A stretch of 64,000 bases of DNA from a virus: positions 21,452 to 85,451 of IMG/VR virus record IMGVR_UViG_3300033978_000477. The stretch is one strand, 5' to 3'. The stretch's first letter is position 1. Every line of letters begins with the position of its first letter. The translations under genes and the position numbers were made by a program. The notes under the pieces are model-generated. The model was not told where the DNA came from. It worked only from the letters and a program-made list of their open reading frames with translations, and did no database searches. Positions 54,493 through 64,000 of the stretch are shown here, one piece after another.

Positions 54493-56000
54493 TTGTCAGT
54501 TTGAACCGAGAGAGTTGGATGCGGTCGATTCAACAACTTTACGGGTCGTCACCGAACCATGAGCGCAAAGGCGGTTGCACCATGACAGAGCGAGAAGAGA
54601 TCATGAAGGAGTTCGGGATGCACGAACTCAACGATGACCAACTGATCCGGTGTCTTGCCAACCAACTACGCAAGGCAATCGGCGAGTTGAAGGACCTCGA
54701 CCGCGCACTGTCAGAAGTGGAGAAGGTGGAGCAGGAACTTGATAACGCCAAGTTCCGCCGAAACAGCAGCATCTACCATGCTCGGAAGCTCGCAAAGGAG
54801 TACGCGTAGTGGGCAAGCTCCACATGATGAAGGTGCCAGAGGATGTCTACAGGGCTTGCCGCAAGTACCGGGCGACAACGACAGAGGAGCGCTGCGCCGC
54901 CTCACTGGGCATTGGAATGACCGCGCTCGGAACCATCTACTCAGGGGCAGGCTTCATCCGAAACGACGTTGTAGGCCGAGCCAGGGCCCGCCTGACCGAA
55001 CTGGGCTACCTGCCCGCCAATGACTCGACGCCACCGGAGGCCGCATGACGAACGAATACATGAGAGAGGAGATCCGCTTCGACCCACTGGTGAGGTCGCT
55101 GGCGGTGTACCGAATCAATAGCTACTTCCCGGACCCCCTCGGCAACGGTGAGCAGTGGCAGCGAATGGCGATGGTGAAGGGGCGCTGCGGCCACTGCGGG
55201 AAGGACCTTGATGGCCAGCGAAGGTTCATCCACTACGCCGACATTGAGCCTCAGAAGACCTTCGTTGAAGGCACCGGGCAAGAGACGCTGCCGACGGTAC
55301 GAACCCCGCCAAGGTGCAGCGAATGCATCAAGGGCCAACGCACCGAGAGCCCAATACTCGAAGTGGCTCCGCCCGTTCTGGTGCTGGAGATGGATGAGGG
55401 AGACGCCCCACCAAGTCCTGCCCTGCGCAGCGAGACGGTTGAGCGGGCAAGGGCCAAGGGGAGCATCGTCCGATTCGTTCGAGGGTACTTGCAGGACACC
55501 TGGGAGGTTGACTCGGTGACGTTGGAAAGGACGGGGAGATGAGCGCAACCAAAGAGCAGATCGAGGCCGTCTACGCCATGATTTCCAACGGAGACATTCG
55601 GGTAGAGAGTGAAGAGTTTTTGGTCCCGGAATGTGAATCCATTCACAACCGATCCCGCCGAGTCGAACTGACCTACGACGAAGCAGCGGACACCCTATCC
55701 GCCAGCCTTGATGGGCGTCGACATACGACCTACCAACACGCGAGCGTTGACGGCGTCGAGTTCAGGCCGGGAGGCAACTCGCCCTGGTGTCGGGTGAGCT
55801 TCGCCGGAAGTCGAACGCCGGACTCCTGGCGCATGTCGGACGCGAAGAACTTCCTTGACCTAGCGGTGTTCTGCGCCGTTGGGGAGTGGATACGTGGGCA
55901 TCGGGACGATGTGGAGTGGATGGATGCCACTCTCACCCAAGAAGAGCAGGAGGCCGTAGATGCGGTGAGCTTCGAAGGCCAGGCGAAGGCGAACCCGTAG
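54489..56000 (+). CDS. Run of coupled hypothetical genes (54489-54809, 54809-55048, 55045-55542, 55539-56000)
   Basis: Overlapping stop/start codons; 55045 has CxxC pairs. Confidence 0.5.
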
Positions 56001-56132
56001 TATCGAATAGGCACCCATGTATCCCACATATTGTGGGTGCCAGTGTTCGCTACCCACTGTCAAAGAATCACTCTTGTGTCATATGCAATCTCGTGCTTCG
56101 CGCGGGCAGCGAGGCGCGGAGGTTGGGGCAAG

Positions 56133-57023
56133 ATGGGTGCAGCGGAGAAGCTTGCTGAGGGTCGCAAGTTTGGGGACGGTGTCGAGTTCGAATTGAGAGA
56201 GTACTGGGGCTCTCACGAGAGCTGGTATGGCGGACTCAAGTCAAACTTCGGCGCGCTACTTCAAGCGCTGAATGGTGGCGGCAGAAGCACATCAGGAGAC
56301 AGCGACCACTTCGTTGATGTGATGGACAAGGGCACCGCCGGGACCCGGCGGACCTGGCGCAAGCTCAAGACGATGGCAGACAGGGGGCAGTCGGTGGAGT
56401 TGACCATCCTGTACCGCCTGTACGGCGATGTTCTTCGTCACCCCGTACACAACGCCATCGACAAGGCGAACGGCATCCTTGCCGACATGACGGAAACGGC
56501 CGAGCGCATCCGAGAGGATCTGGCGGCATCCAGGGGCGAAGTCGCGGAGGAAGAGATTCGCCGGCACACCATGCGCGTGGTGAGGAAGTCCGAGAGTGTG
56601 TTCTGGGAGCGAGCCCCGGAACTCCAGGCAGCCGAAGAGAAGCTGGCTGCCATGCGTTCGAGGCTCATCAACATCGGAGTGCAGATGAACGAGGAGCAGG
56701 AGGCTGACAAGCGTGCAGAGCTTCGTGCCCGGCGAGACCGTCTCCGAAAACGCATCGAGCGAGCGAATGACAAGCTTGAGCCTTTGCGGGAGGAGGTCTG
56801 GCAAGCCATGGACCTTGTCGACTCGGACGACAAGCGACCGGTGTACATGGCCATGTCCTATGCGGACAAGACAACGTCGACCACCGAGGCCCTCGACCTC
56901 CGCATCATGCACCCAGGCAAGGACGGCAAGGAAGAGCGCGATGCGCTCGTAGAGTTGCTGCGCATCGAGTGCAAGGTGCTGGAGACCCGTGCCCGTAACG
57001 CTTTCCTGGCGGCAGGCAAATGA
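56133..57023 (+). CDS. Hypothetical protein, possible late transcription regulator
   Basis: RBS GGAGG after a hairpin-rich gap; position before late genes; function inferred only. Confidence 0.45.
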   Translation: MGAAEKLAEGRKFGDGVEFELREYWGSHESWYGGLKSNFGALLQALNGGGRSTSGDSDHFVDVMDKGTAGTRRTWRKLKTMADRGQSVELTILYRLYGDVLRHPVHNAIDKANGILADMTETAERIREDLAASRGEVAEEEIRRHTMRVVRKSESVFWERAPELQAAEEKLAAMRSRLINIGVQMNEEQEADKRAELRARRDRLRKRIERANDKLEPLREEVWQAMDLVDSDDKRPVYMAMSYADKTTSTTEALDLRIMHPGKDGKEERDALVELLRIECKVLETRARNAFLAAGK

Positions 57024-58912
57024 AAGGCGTCTACCACCTGCGGGAGATTGCAAAGGTCTGGGGGGTGACCAATCGGTGCGCCAAGCGCCGACTCAAGTCC
57101 CTCGATGCGCGAGTCCGCCTTGAGTCCAAGGGCAAGGAGTTCCTGCTCATCCAGTTCTGCCCAGGCGGCGACCACTTCATCGACATGGCGATGACGAAGA
57201 AGTACCTGCCTGGCCTTGTGTGCGACGACGCAGAGGACCCCATGGTCGCTGTCGCCAAGGCCCAACAGGACATCAAGGAGATGCTCGCAGAGGTGTTGAT
57301 GAGGGTGAGCGCTTGATCTTCGTCGCGCTCGCTTGGATGGTCGGGGTAGGGGAGGCAGAGCGCTCCTGCATCCTCATCGACACCGCGCTACACGAGGCCA
57401 AGAAGCTGAACCGCTCCGATGGGCAGGTGCGGCTCATCTGGTCCTGGGACAACGGGACGCGGCTGGTCCGCGCGATGGCCAAGGAAGGCAGAAGCTTCTT
57501 CTGTCGGAAGTGCCCTTGCGGTCAGTACCTTGGCTGCATTCACTGCGGCGGCGTTGGGTATGCGGAGGTGGAGAGATGATCGAGTTTCTTAGGGAGTTCC
57601 GATGGTACCGTGCTCTCATCGGCGGATGCTGGGAGCGCTGGTTCACTCCGTCGCTCAGCAAGATATGGGTGCCAGTGGAGGAACTGACGGACGTAGGCGG
57701 GCCACGGCCGCACCACTGGTGCCGTGGAACCCCAACTCAGGAGTGGTACCCGTGAGTGTTTCCTACGTACCGATGGGCCTTGCATACACCACCATGTTCG
57801 ACGGAAGCGTCGTCGCGTTCAGCGGCGACAAGATGTGGATCTCGCTGGACGGCGGGCGAACATTCGAGGAGACGAGCGCAGGACTGCTCAATGCGCATCT
57901 TCGCTGGCCAAGTCCGCTAGACGATGAAGGATGTGACCGGCACGGCGATTGGGAGTATGGCGAGGTCTGCCGTTCGGATGTTGTGGCGCTCGCGCGAAGG
58001 CTGTCGGCGCACATCGACGCGACCAATAGGAACCACGACGAACTGCTCAGGAGGCTCGCTGCCGATGAGTTCTAGTGTCCGCGCCGAAGACATCGAACGA
58101 TCCGCAGCCATTCTTGGCGCCTACATGGGAAAGACGAAGGAGTACGTGATCGATCTTTTGGCTGAAGTGCGAGAGAGCGAAGCCGCCCGGCTAGCGATGA
58201 CAGATCGCCGTCAGGCCAAGCCAGCCTTCGGGCTCCTTCGGGTCATCCCGAGCCACGGAAGCGCAGACGATATCGCCGCGCTCATCGCTGCAACATGGAA
58301 CGATCCGGAGTGTGTTGGGGTGACACTTGGCGCCAACGGTGAAGTCTTAGCACTCAAAATGGAACCCGCCTTGGACGGCGCCTACACGGTGATGCGCAGC
58401 GAGATTGCTACTAGCGGGAGGTGGCACGTAAGCCCCACATACGAACAACCGACGGGCATGCCTCGCAACAGGCACGAGAGGCGCGCGATGGCCGCGCAGA
58501 TGAGGAAGCGATGAACAAGGATCAGTTTTCGAGGTTCACGGCCATTCGCGGCCGCAAGTGTGAGATTCGCGCCAACTTTAGCCACTTCACCATAGGCGGG
58601 TGCCCATCTCCTCCGGATGGATATACCGTTGCGCTGGACGCTGACGGCGGCAAGTACCTAGCAACACGATCGACGCCAGAGGAGGCGTTCGATGTCGCCT
58701 GCTCAGCCGCCGAGGTCGGGCTTGGTCTGACCGGCAGAGAAATCAACGCCGGGACTCGCGTCACTGTCAACGGCCGGCGCGGGCGAGTTGAGAGACTGTT
58801 CGTTATGGCCGGCGTCGCATGGGCGACGGTGTCATGGCACGGGGACACGGGCAGGCCTCAGCTTGTGGACCCATCGCTCCTTGTTCATGACGGCGACGAC
58901 GGTAAGCTATGA
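57020..58912 (+). CDS. Run of small coupled hypothetical genes (57020-57316, 57313-57579, 57576-57755, 57752-58075, 58065-58514, 58511-58912)
   Basis: Overlapping stop/start codons. Confidence 0.5.
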
Positions 58913-59202
58913 AGCCCTACGGCACCAACGGCGCCCGCTCGCATTGCTCGGCATGCGGCAAACGGGAGAACGCAGCGGCCAAGGGGAAGGCCCGCGCAGA
59001 GAACCGGCAGGCCCCGGCGCAGAACGCCGCCGAGCACGCGACGGACGATGAGATGGAACGGGTCGCAGAGCTTCCCTTCTGCCAAACCTGCGGAGACTAT
59101 CTCCCGTGTGCGGTGCCCGACGTCGACATTGGGCCAGAAAGGCACGAGGTCTTGAGGCAAGGCGACCCATGGCCCGAGGCGCGACGATGGGCAACAGTGC
59201 CT

Positions 59203-59245
59203 GAAACCCCGTATCGGCTCACCCCGGTTCGGGGTTTCCTCTTTT
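59203..59245 (+). terminator. Probable intrinsic terminator
   Basis: GAAACCCCG..CGGGGTTTC followed by CTCTTTT. Confidence 0.55.
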
Positions 59246-59764
59246 GTCATTCCGCCAGCAACGAACCGTCCAGGATTCCCGGAGAGTTGCCATCGCGACG
59301 TCAAGGGGGCGATCTCCTCAGCAGGCATAAAGCGACGCAAGTCCACGGCAGGAATGCGGATAGTGCCGATCTCGGACTAGCGATCAGGCCGACCCGCCAC
59401 CCCAGTCCAGCGCCGCCCTCTCCCCGCATCGCCGGCAGTCCACAAAACGCCACCAGACGCGCACGCGAACACTCCGACGACACCAAGTACACCGGACGAG
59501 CGCAAAGACGTTCCTGGGGCCAGCCAAGAGCAGCATTGCCCATCCCATCGTCCACCCAGCGACCAGAGTTGCCTGGTCAGGAGCGACCAAAAGGTGGCCA
59601 ATGAGGGTCGGTGTCGCCCCTGGCTATACCAACATCGCACCGCTTTGCCCCGAACATCCCATGGGTGTAGGAAGGGCCGACGGGACGCGAAACGCGCGCC
59701 GGAGGTCATCCTAGCGAGCGGGCAACGTTGCAGATCGTCTCGGTCTCCAACGCCCCGCCCATCA

Positions 59765-59840
59765 CGCGGATGTACGCCACCCGAGCTCAGCTCTCGGTCT
59801 GGCCGGACAGAGGCTCGGTTCGATTCCGGGCGCCGCGACC
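59765..59840 (+). ncRNA. tRNA-like RNA lacking a D-arm (CAG anticodon-like loop, long variable arm)
   Basis: CCGAG-CTCAGCT-CTCGG; TCTG/CAGA variable stem; CTCGG-TTCGATT-CCGGG; CGCGG../..CCGCG-A-CC acceptor. Confidence 0.5.
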
Positions 59841-59997
59841 GGTTCTGGTGAGAGACGGGGACTGTCCCACTCGCGTCCAAACGCCGCGCACCGAACCCAA
59901 CCCTTACAGCCGCGTCCCTCCTTGCGCGGCACCGCCGGACCCCGCGCGGCAGTAGCCTCCCCACCGGCACTGCGGGGGCCCTAACGGGCTCGTCCCC

Positions 59998-60189
59998 ATG
60001 TACACCTGCCAGCGCTGCCACCAAGACTCCAAGGACCCAGCAGCCCTATCCCTGGTCCGCAACGTCGAGACCGGACGGAAACACTGGCTCTGCCTCCCGT
60101 GCAGGCAAGCCGTCAGGCAACAAGACAGACTCACCGAAGGGCCAGAGTTGCCCAACTGGCAACCAGCTTGGAGGCGCGCCGCAGGATGA
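59998..60189 (+). CDS. Zinc-finger protein
   Basis: CQRC..CLPC; ATGA-coupled to next. Confidence 0.55.
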   Translation: MYTCQRCHQDSKDPAALSLVRNVETGRKHWLCLPCRQAVRQQDRLTEGPELPNWQPAWRRAAG

Positions 60190-60482
60190 CCAAGCAGAAC
60201 CGAGAGTTCCAAGCCCGCCGCATCCGAGCCCTGCTGACCAAACCAGGTCAACTCCTGACCGTCACCCTCCAACACGGCAACGCCTACAACCTCGAAATCG
60301 ACAACCCGCTCCCGCCCGGAGCAGGTGACGCGTCCCTCGTCTCAGGTTGGATCATCGGAACCGGCCAGCGACTCACCGTCCGACTCGACAGCATCATCGG
60401 CGCAGTCGTCTACAACCAGCCGTACCGCAGACACGCAGAAGAGTCCGGCCGTATGCGCAGACTGGTCACCAAGCCAGCCTGA
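60186..60482 (+). CDS. Hypothetical protein
   Basis: MTKQNREF...; coupled. Confidence 0.5.
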   Translation: MTKQNREFQARRIRALLTKPGQLLTVTLQHGNAYNLEIDNPLPPGAGDASLVSGWIIGTGQRLTVRLDSIIGAVVYNQPYRRHAEESGRMRRLVTKPA

Positions 60483-60810
60483 AGAAGAGAACGTGAATCA
60501 CCGGGAGTCGGCGGTACAGGACAAGGGGCTAAACCCCAAGGCTTCTGTCAGCGCACACCCACGCGCGAACAAGCACTATTAGACAAGATTTGTGCCAACT
60601 TGTCAAGTCTCCAGTGTGTCGCGCTCCAAGCGCTGGATATCACTGAGTGGCACTTAGGCAGTACCGCACGATTCTTGTGCACATGGTGCCACCGATACCG
60701 ACAGATTGGCCCCATCGGTGCAAGCTGACATCGGTGCCCATATGGCCCCCAAGCAAGGCCCAATTGGTCATACGTGACCATACGTTTTTGCGAACACACA
60801 AAGACCGATT

Positions 60811-61350
60811 ATGAGCGCCGCAAGCAAAGCCCGGCGGAGAGCCCAGAAGCTGACCACCGCACAACGCGATAAGCGGGTGCTGGAGATGGCGCTCAGTGGT
60901 GCCACTTGGCAGGCCATCAGCGATGAGTTGAAGTTTGGCGGCCCGAGCAACGCTTTGCGGGCCTGGAAGCGAATCATCATCACCGAAGGGCCAACGGAGT
61001 CCTCTAAGGACGAGGCTCGTACCGTCGCGCAGATGCGGATGAACGCTCTGCTGCTTGCGGTCTGGCCCGAGGCGATCAAGGGGTCTCTCCCGCATTGGGA
61101 GAAGGCTCAGCGGGCGTTGGAGAAGTACATCACCTTCTGGGGCCTGGATGCTCCGAAGCAGCAGCAGAACACTGATGTCCATCTGGACGTCGACCCGACG
61201 ACGTTGACCGATGAGCAGATCGAGCAACTCTCGCGGGGCATCATCCCTGCTGCGCTTGCAGGCAGCCGCCGAGATGGAGAGGCGTCGAAGGCTGAGGGAC
61301 AGGAGTCGAATCCGGGCGGAGAAGAGCCGCCTGGAGACATGGGCGACTGA
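60811..61350 (+). CDS. terS: Terminase small subunit
   Basis: N-terminal HTH (RVLEMALSGATWQAISDEL), WGLDAP, LTDEQIEQL; precedes terL. Confidence 0.75.
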   Translation: MSAASKARRRAQKLTTAQRDKRVLEMALSGATWQAISDELKFGGPSNALRAWKRIIITEGPTESSKDEARTVAQMRMNALLLAVWPEAIKGSLPHWEKAQRALEKYITFWGLDAPKQQQNTDVHLDVDPTTLTDEQIEQLSRGIIPAALAGSRRDGEASKAEGQESNPGGEEPPGDMGD

Positions 61351-62932
61351 CTACGATGCGTTCTGCCGAGCCGTTGACGTCACCACGAAGTCTGGTGCCC
61401 GGGTTCGCTTCGAGCCCAACGCCATCCAGCGCAAGTACATGGCGGAGCGGACGCAGCGCGACATTGCGCTGAAGGCCCGCCAGATTGGATTCACCACCGA
61501 AGAGGTCATCCGGGACGTCTGGTTCTTCCTGACCAAGCCCGGCGCGAACGTCGCTGTCTTCGTCCAGGTCGACCCTGACCGGCAGTCACTCAAGAAGGTC
61601 TGCGCGCAGATCTCCCTCATCTTCGACGCGCTCAAGACCGAAGGCGTTCACCTCGACTTCGGCAGCGAGACCACCACCGAGTGGACGTTGCCAAGCCGCA
61701 ACGCATCCCTTCGTGTGGTCGAGGCAGCCGGCACCGAAGAGGCCGCAAAGAAGCAGGGCCGCGGCGCGACGTACCAGCGCGTCCACATCACCGAGCTGGC
61801 GTTCTACGCCTTCGCGACGGACTTCCTCAACGGCATCCTAGAGACGGTAGCTGCCCCGGAGTACGGGACGGAGATCGTCATCGAGAGCACGCCGAACGGC
61901 GTCGGCGGAGCGGGCGCGGCCTACTACCGGCTGTTCATGAACGCGGCCCGCGCAGGGTACCGCGCGCACTTCTACCCCTGGTTTGAGCAACAGGAATACC
62001 GGACGGCACTCGCAGAGGGTGAGACGGTAACGCCTGAGACGGACCGCGAGCACCACCTCGTCCGCCGCTTCAACATCAGCCAAGAGCAGCTCAAGTGGTA
62101 CCGCGCGAAGGTCGCCGAGAAGGGTCAAGACCTCGTAGACCAAGAGTACCCGTCTGACCCGCAGACGTGCTTCCTCAGCAGCGGGCGCCGGTACTTCGAC
62201 AAGGCCAGGACGACGGAGCTGTTGCTCGGCGCGTCCGACCCCATCCACTCCGAGGAAGTCGGGCGCGAGGGCAGCCAAGGCGTCCTTCGCATCTGGAAGG
62301 ACCCAACACCGGGCGAACAGTACCTGGTGGCCATCGACCCTTCCGAGGGCGTAGGCGGAGACCCTGGCGTTGCCGGCGTCTTCAGTCGGAGAACCGGGGA
62401 GCATGTCGCGACCCTGAGCGGTCAGTTCTCGACATGGGAGATCGCGCGCCTCTGCCGCGGCCCAGACAAGCTCGACAAGGACATGAAGCCGGAGAAGGAC
62501 TACGGTCCTCCAGGCCTCGCAGCGGTCTACAACAACGCGCTGGTCGCGGTAGAGCGCAACAACCACGGCCACGCCGTCCTGCAAGCCTTCGAGCGCGCAT
62601 TTACCCAGACACGGGTGTACGAGGCGCGAGATGAGAAGCCGGGCTGGCTGAACAGTCCAACGTCCCGATCGTCCGCGCTCCAAGCCTTGCACGAGGCCCA
62701 CCGGACGAAAGCATGGTCGACACCGGACGCGGAGAGCCTCCAGGAGATCCGCGACTTCGTGGTGACGGAGAAGGGCAAGGCGCAGGCCGAGTCCGGCTCA
62801 CATGACGACCACGTCCTGATGCACGCCATCGCACTCGACGTCCTGACACACGTCCGATGGAAGCCCCCGAGCGGCGACCGAAAACCACCGCCGCCTGACA
62901 GCTCCCGCTGGGGAGACCAGCGAGGATTCTAG
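61211..62932 (+). CDS. terL: Terminase large subunit
   Basis: LKARQIGFTT, HITELAF, IESTPNG, QEYP, AIDPSEG, VERNNHG, HDDHV. Confidence 0.92.
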   Translation: MSRSSNSRGASSLLRLQAAAEMERRRRLRDRSRIRAEKSRLETWATDYDAFCRAVDVTTKSGARVRFEPNAIQRKYMAERTQRDIALKARQIGFTTEEVIRDVWFFLTKPGANVAVFVQVDPDRQSLKKVCAQISLIFDALKTEGVHLDFGSETTTEWTLPSRNASLRVVEAAGTEEAAKKQGRGATYQRVHITELAFYAFATDFLNGILETVAAPEYGTEIVIESTPNGVGGAGAAYYRLFMNAARAGYRAHFYPWFEQQEYRTALAEGETVTPETDREHHLVRRFNISQEQLKWYRAKVAEKGQDLVDQEYPSDPQTCFLSSGRRYFDKARTTELLLGASDPIHSEEVGREGSQGVLRIWKDPTPGEQYLVAIDPSEGVGGDPGVAGVFSRRTGEHVATLSGQFSTWEIARLCRGPDKLDKDMKPEKDYGPPGLAAVYNNALVAVERNNHGHAVLQAFERAFTQTRVYEARDEKPGWLNSPTSRSSALQALHEAHRTKAWSTPDAESLQEIRDFVVTEKGKAQAESGSHDDHVLMHAIALDVLTHVRWKPPSGDRKPPPPDSSRWGDQRGF

Positions 62933-62937
62933 ACCGA

Positions 62938-64000
62938 ATGTCCGCACTCACCCGCATCGCATGGCAGGCCGCGAAGGCCATCGGCTTTGCGCCAGCAGTC
63001 TATCAGCGGGCAAGGCTGTCCCAATCCGCAATGGTTGGCAGAGCAATCCCCGACCTTGCGCTATGGCATCAGTTCCAGCGCATCGGCGGAGCCATCACTC
63101 CCACGCAAGTCTCCACCATCCTCCGAGAGGCGGACGCTGGCGACATGACGCGGCTGATGGACCTCGGCAACGATGCGAGGCAAAAGGACGGTCACCTACA
63201 GGCAATCCTCTCTCAGGCAGAGGAGGGCATTGCTGGGCTCGATTGGCAGTTGCGTCTACCTGAAGGTGCCAAGGCGCGAGACAAGCGCGCGGCGAAGGTG
63301 GCCGAGTCGTACCTGCGGTCGGCGAAGAACTTCCAGCGGATGATCTCGCATCAAGCGGGAGCCATCTACTACGGAAGGGCCATCACCGAGACTGCGTGGC
63401 AGAAGCGAGACGGCTTCCTTGTCCCCGGCGACTTCGTCAACCATGCGGCTCGGCGGTTCGTCTTCCGGCGAAGCGACGGCAAGCTTGTCTGGAAAGACCC
63501 CGGGATGGTCGAGGTGGACTTCCTCGAAGAGTTCCCCGGCAAGTTCATCGTCTCTCAGCCACGGGTCAACGGCGACGTTCCGTGTCGGGAGGGACTCATT
63601 CGCGTGATCGTTTGGGCTGCGATGTTCCGCAACTGGGACCTCACCGACTGGCTCCGCACCGGCGAGGCGTCTTGGAAGCCTTGGCGCATCGGCTACCACG
63701 ACCCAAAGGCCAACGATGAGGACAAGGAGTCGCTGGAGGCCGCACTGTCGCAACTGACGACAAGCGGCTACGCGATGTTGCCGAAGTCCACCGAGATGAA
63801 GATTGAGTGGCCCGGCGGGACATCTCAAAGCTCCAAGTCGACGCACTCGGAGCTGTTCAATGTCATTGCTCAGGAGATGAGCAAGGCCGTGCTCGGGCAG
63901 ACCGAGACGGTACAGTCCTCAAACAGCAGCGGCTACGCGCAAGCGAAGGTGCATGAGCGCGTTGGCGGAACTCTCCTCAAGTCCCGCGCCAAGTCTGTAG
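62938..64000 (+). CDS. Portal protein, DUF935/Mu gp29-like (3'-truncated)
   Basis: Hand-translated: ILREADAGD..KDGHLQAIL..AIYYGRAITETAW..QEMSKAVLGQTET..YAQAKVHE. Confidence 0.85.
   Translation, partial: MSALTRIAWQAAKAIGFAPAVYQRARLSQSAMVGRAIPDLALWHQFQRIGGAITPTQVSTILREADAGDMTRLMDLGNDARQKDGHLQAILSQAEEGIAGLDWQLRLPEGAKARDKRAAKVAESYLRSAKNFQRMISHQAGAIYYGRAITETAWQKRDGFLVPGDFVNHAARRFVFRRSDGKLVWKDPGMVEVDFLEEFPGKFIVSQPRVNGDVPCREGLIRVIVWAAMFRNWDLTDWLRTGEASWKPWRIGYHDPKANDEDKESLEAALSQLTTSGYAMLPKSTEMKIEWPGGTSQSSKSTHSELFNVIAQEMSKAVLGQTETVQSSNSSGYAQAKVHERVGGTLLKSRAKSV

Noticed and set aside
58909-59604. 231-aa protein at full length
   Set aside because: The N-terminal zinc-finger half is plausible, but the rest runs through a terminator-like hairpin and is low-quality R/P-rich sequence; extent uncertain.

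Overview
GC-rich temperate tailed-phage genome, seen in its non-integrated arrangement (intact attP). The host is probably a myxobacterium (Polyangiales-like; inferred). Layout: tail/fibre and lysis genes (1-14.3 kb, +); a small-gene accessory block (14.4-19.9 kb, mostly -); a long leftward early operon (36.3 to 19.9 kb, -) with RecT-like/PD-(D/E)XK/DEDDh/SMC-like genes, a tyrosine integrase carrying a tRNA-Cys 3' half (attP) inside its coding sequence, a phage DnaN sliding clamp, MazG and a complete array-less type IV-B-like CRISPR effector module (Zn-finger-Cas6, csf1, cas11, csf2, csf3, cysH-like, plus a SLOG gene); an immunity region (ImmA/IrrE, lipoproteins, XRE repressor, Cro-like; 36.5-38.9 kb); a rightward replication/modification operon (38.5-59 kb); a structured non-coding stretch (59.2-60 kb); and terminase small/large subunits plus a DUF935 portal cut by the window edge. 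Most striking: the IV-B-like module has an unexpected Cas6, and its Csf1 has a C-terminal tail overprinted on cas11 that ends in QLSLF, the canonical beta-clamp-binding motif, while dnaN sits in the same operon. No CRISPR array is visible, but several repeated hairpin and minimal tRNA-like RNA elements lie in the same transcripts. All family calls come from motif recognition by eye, with no database searches.
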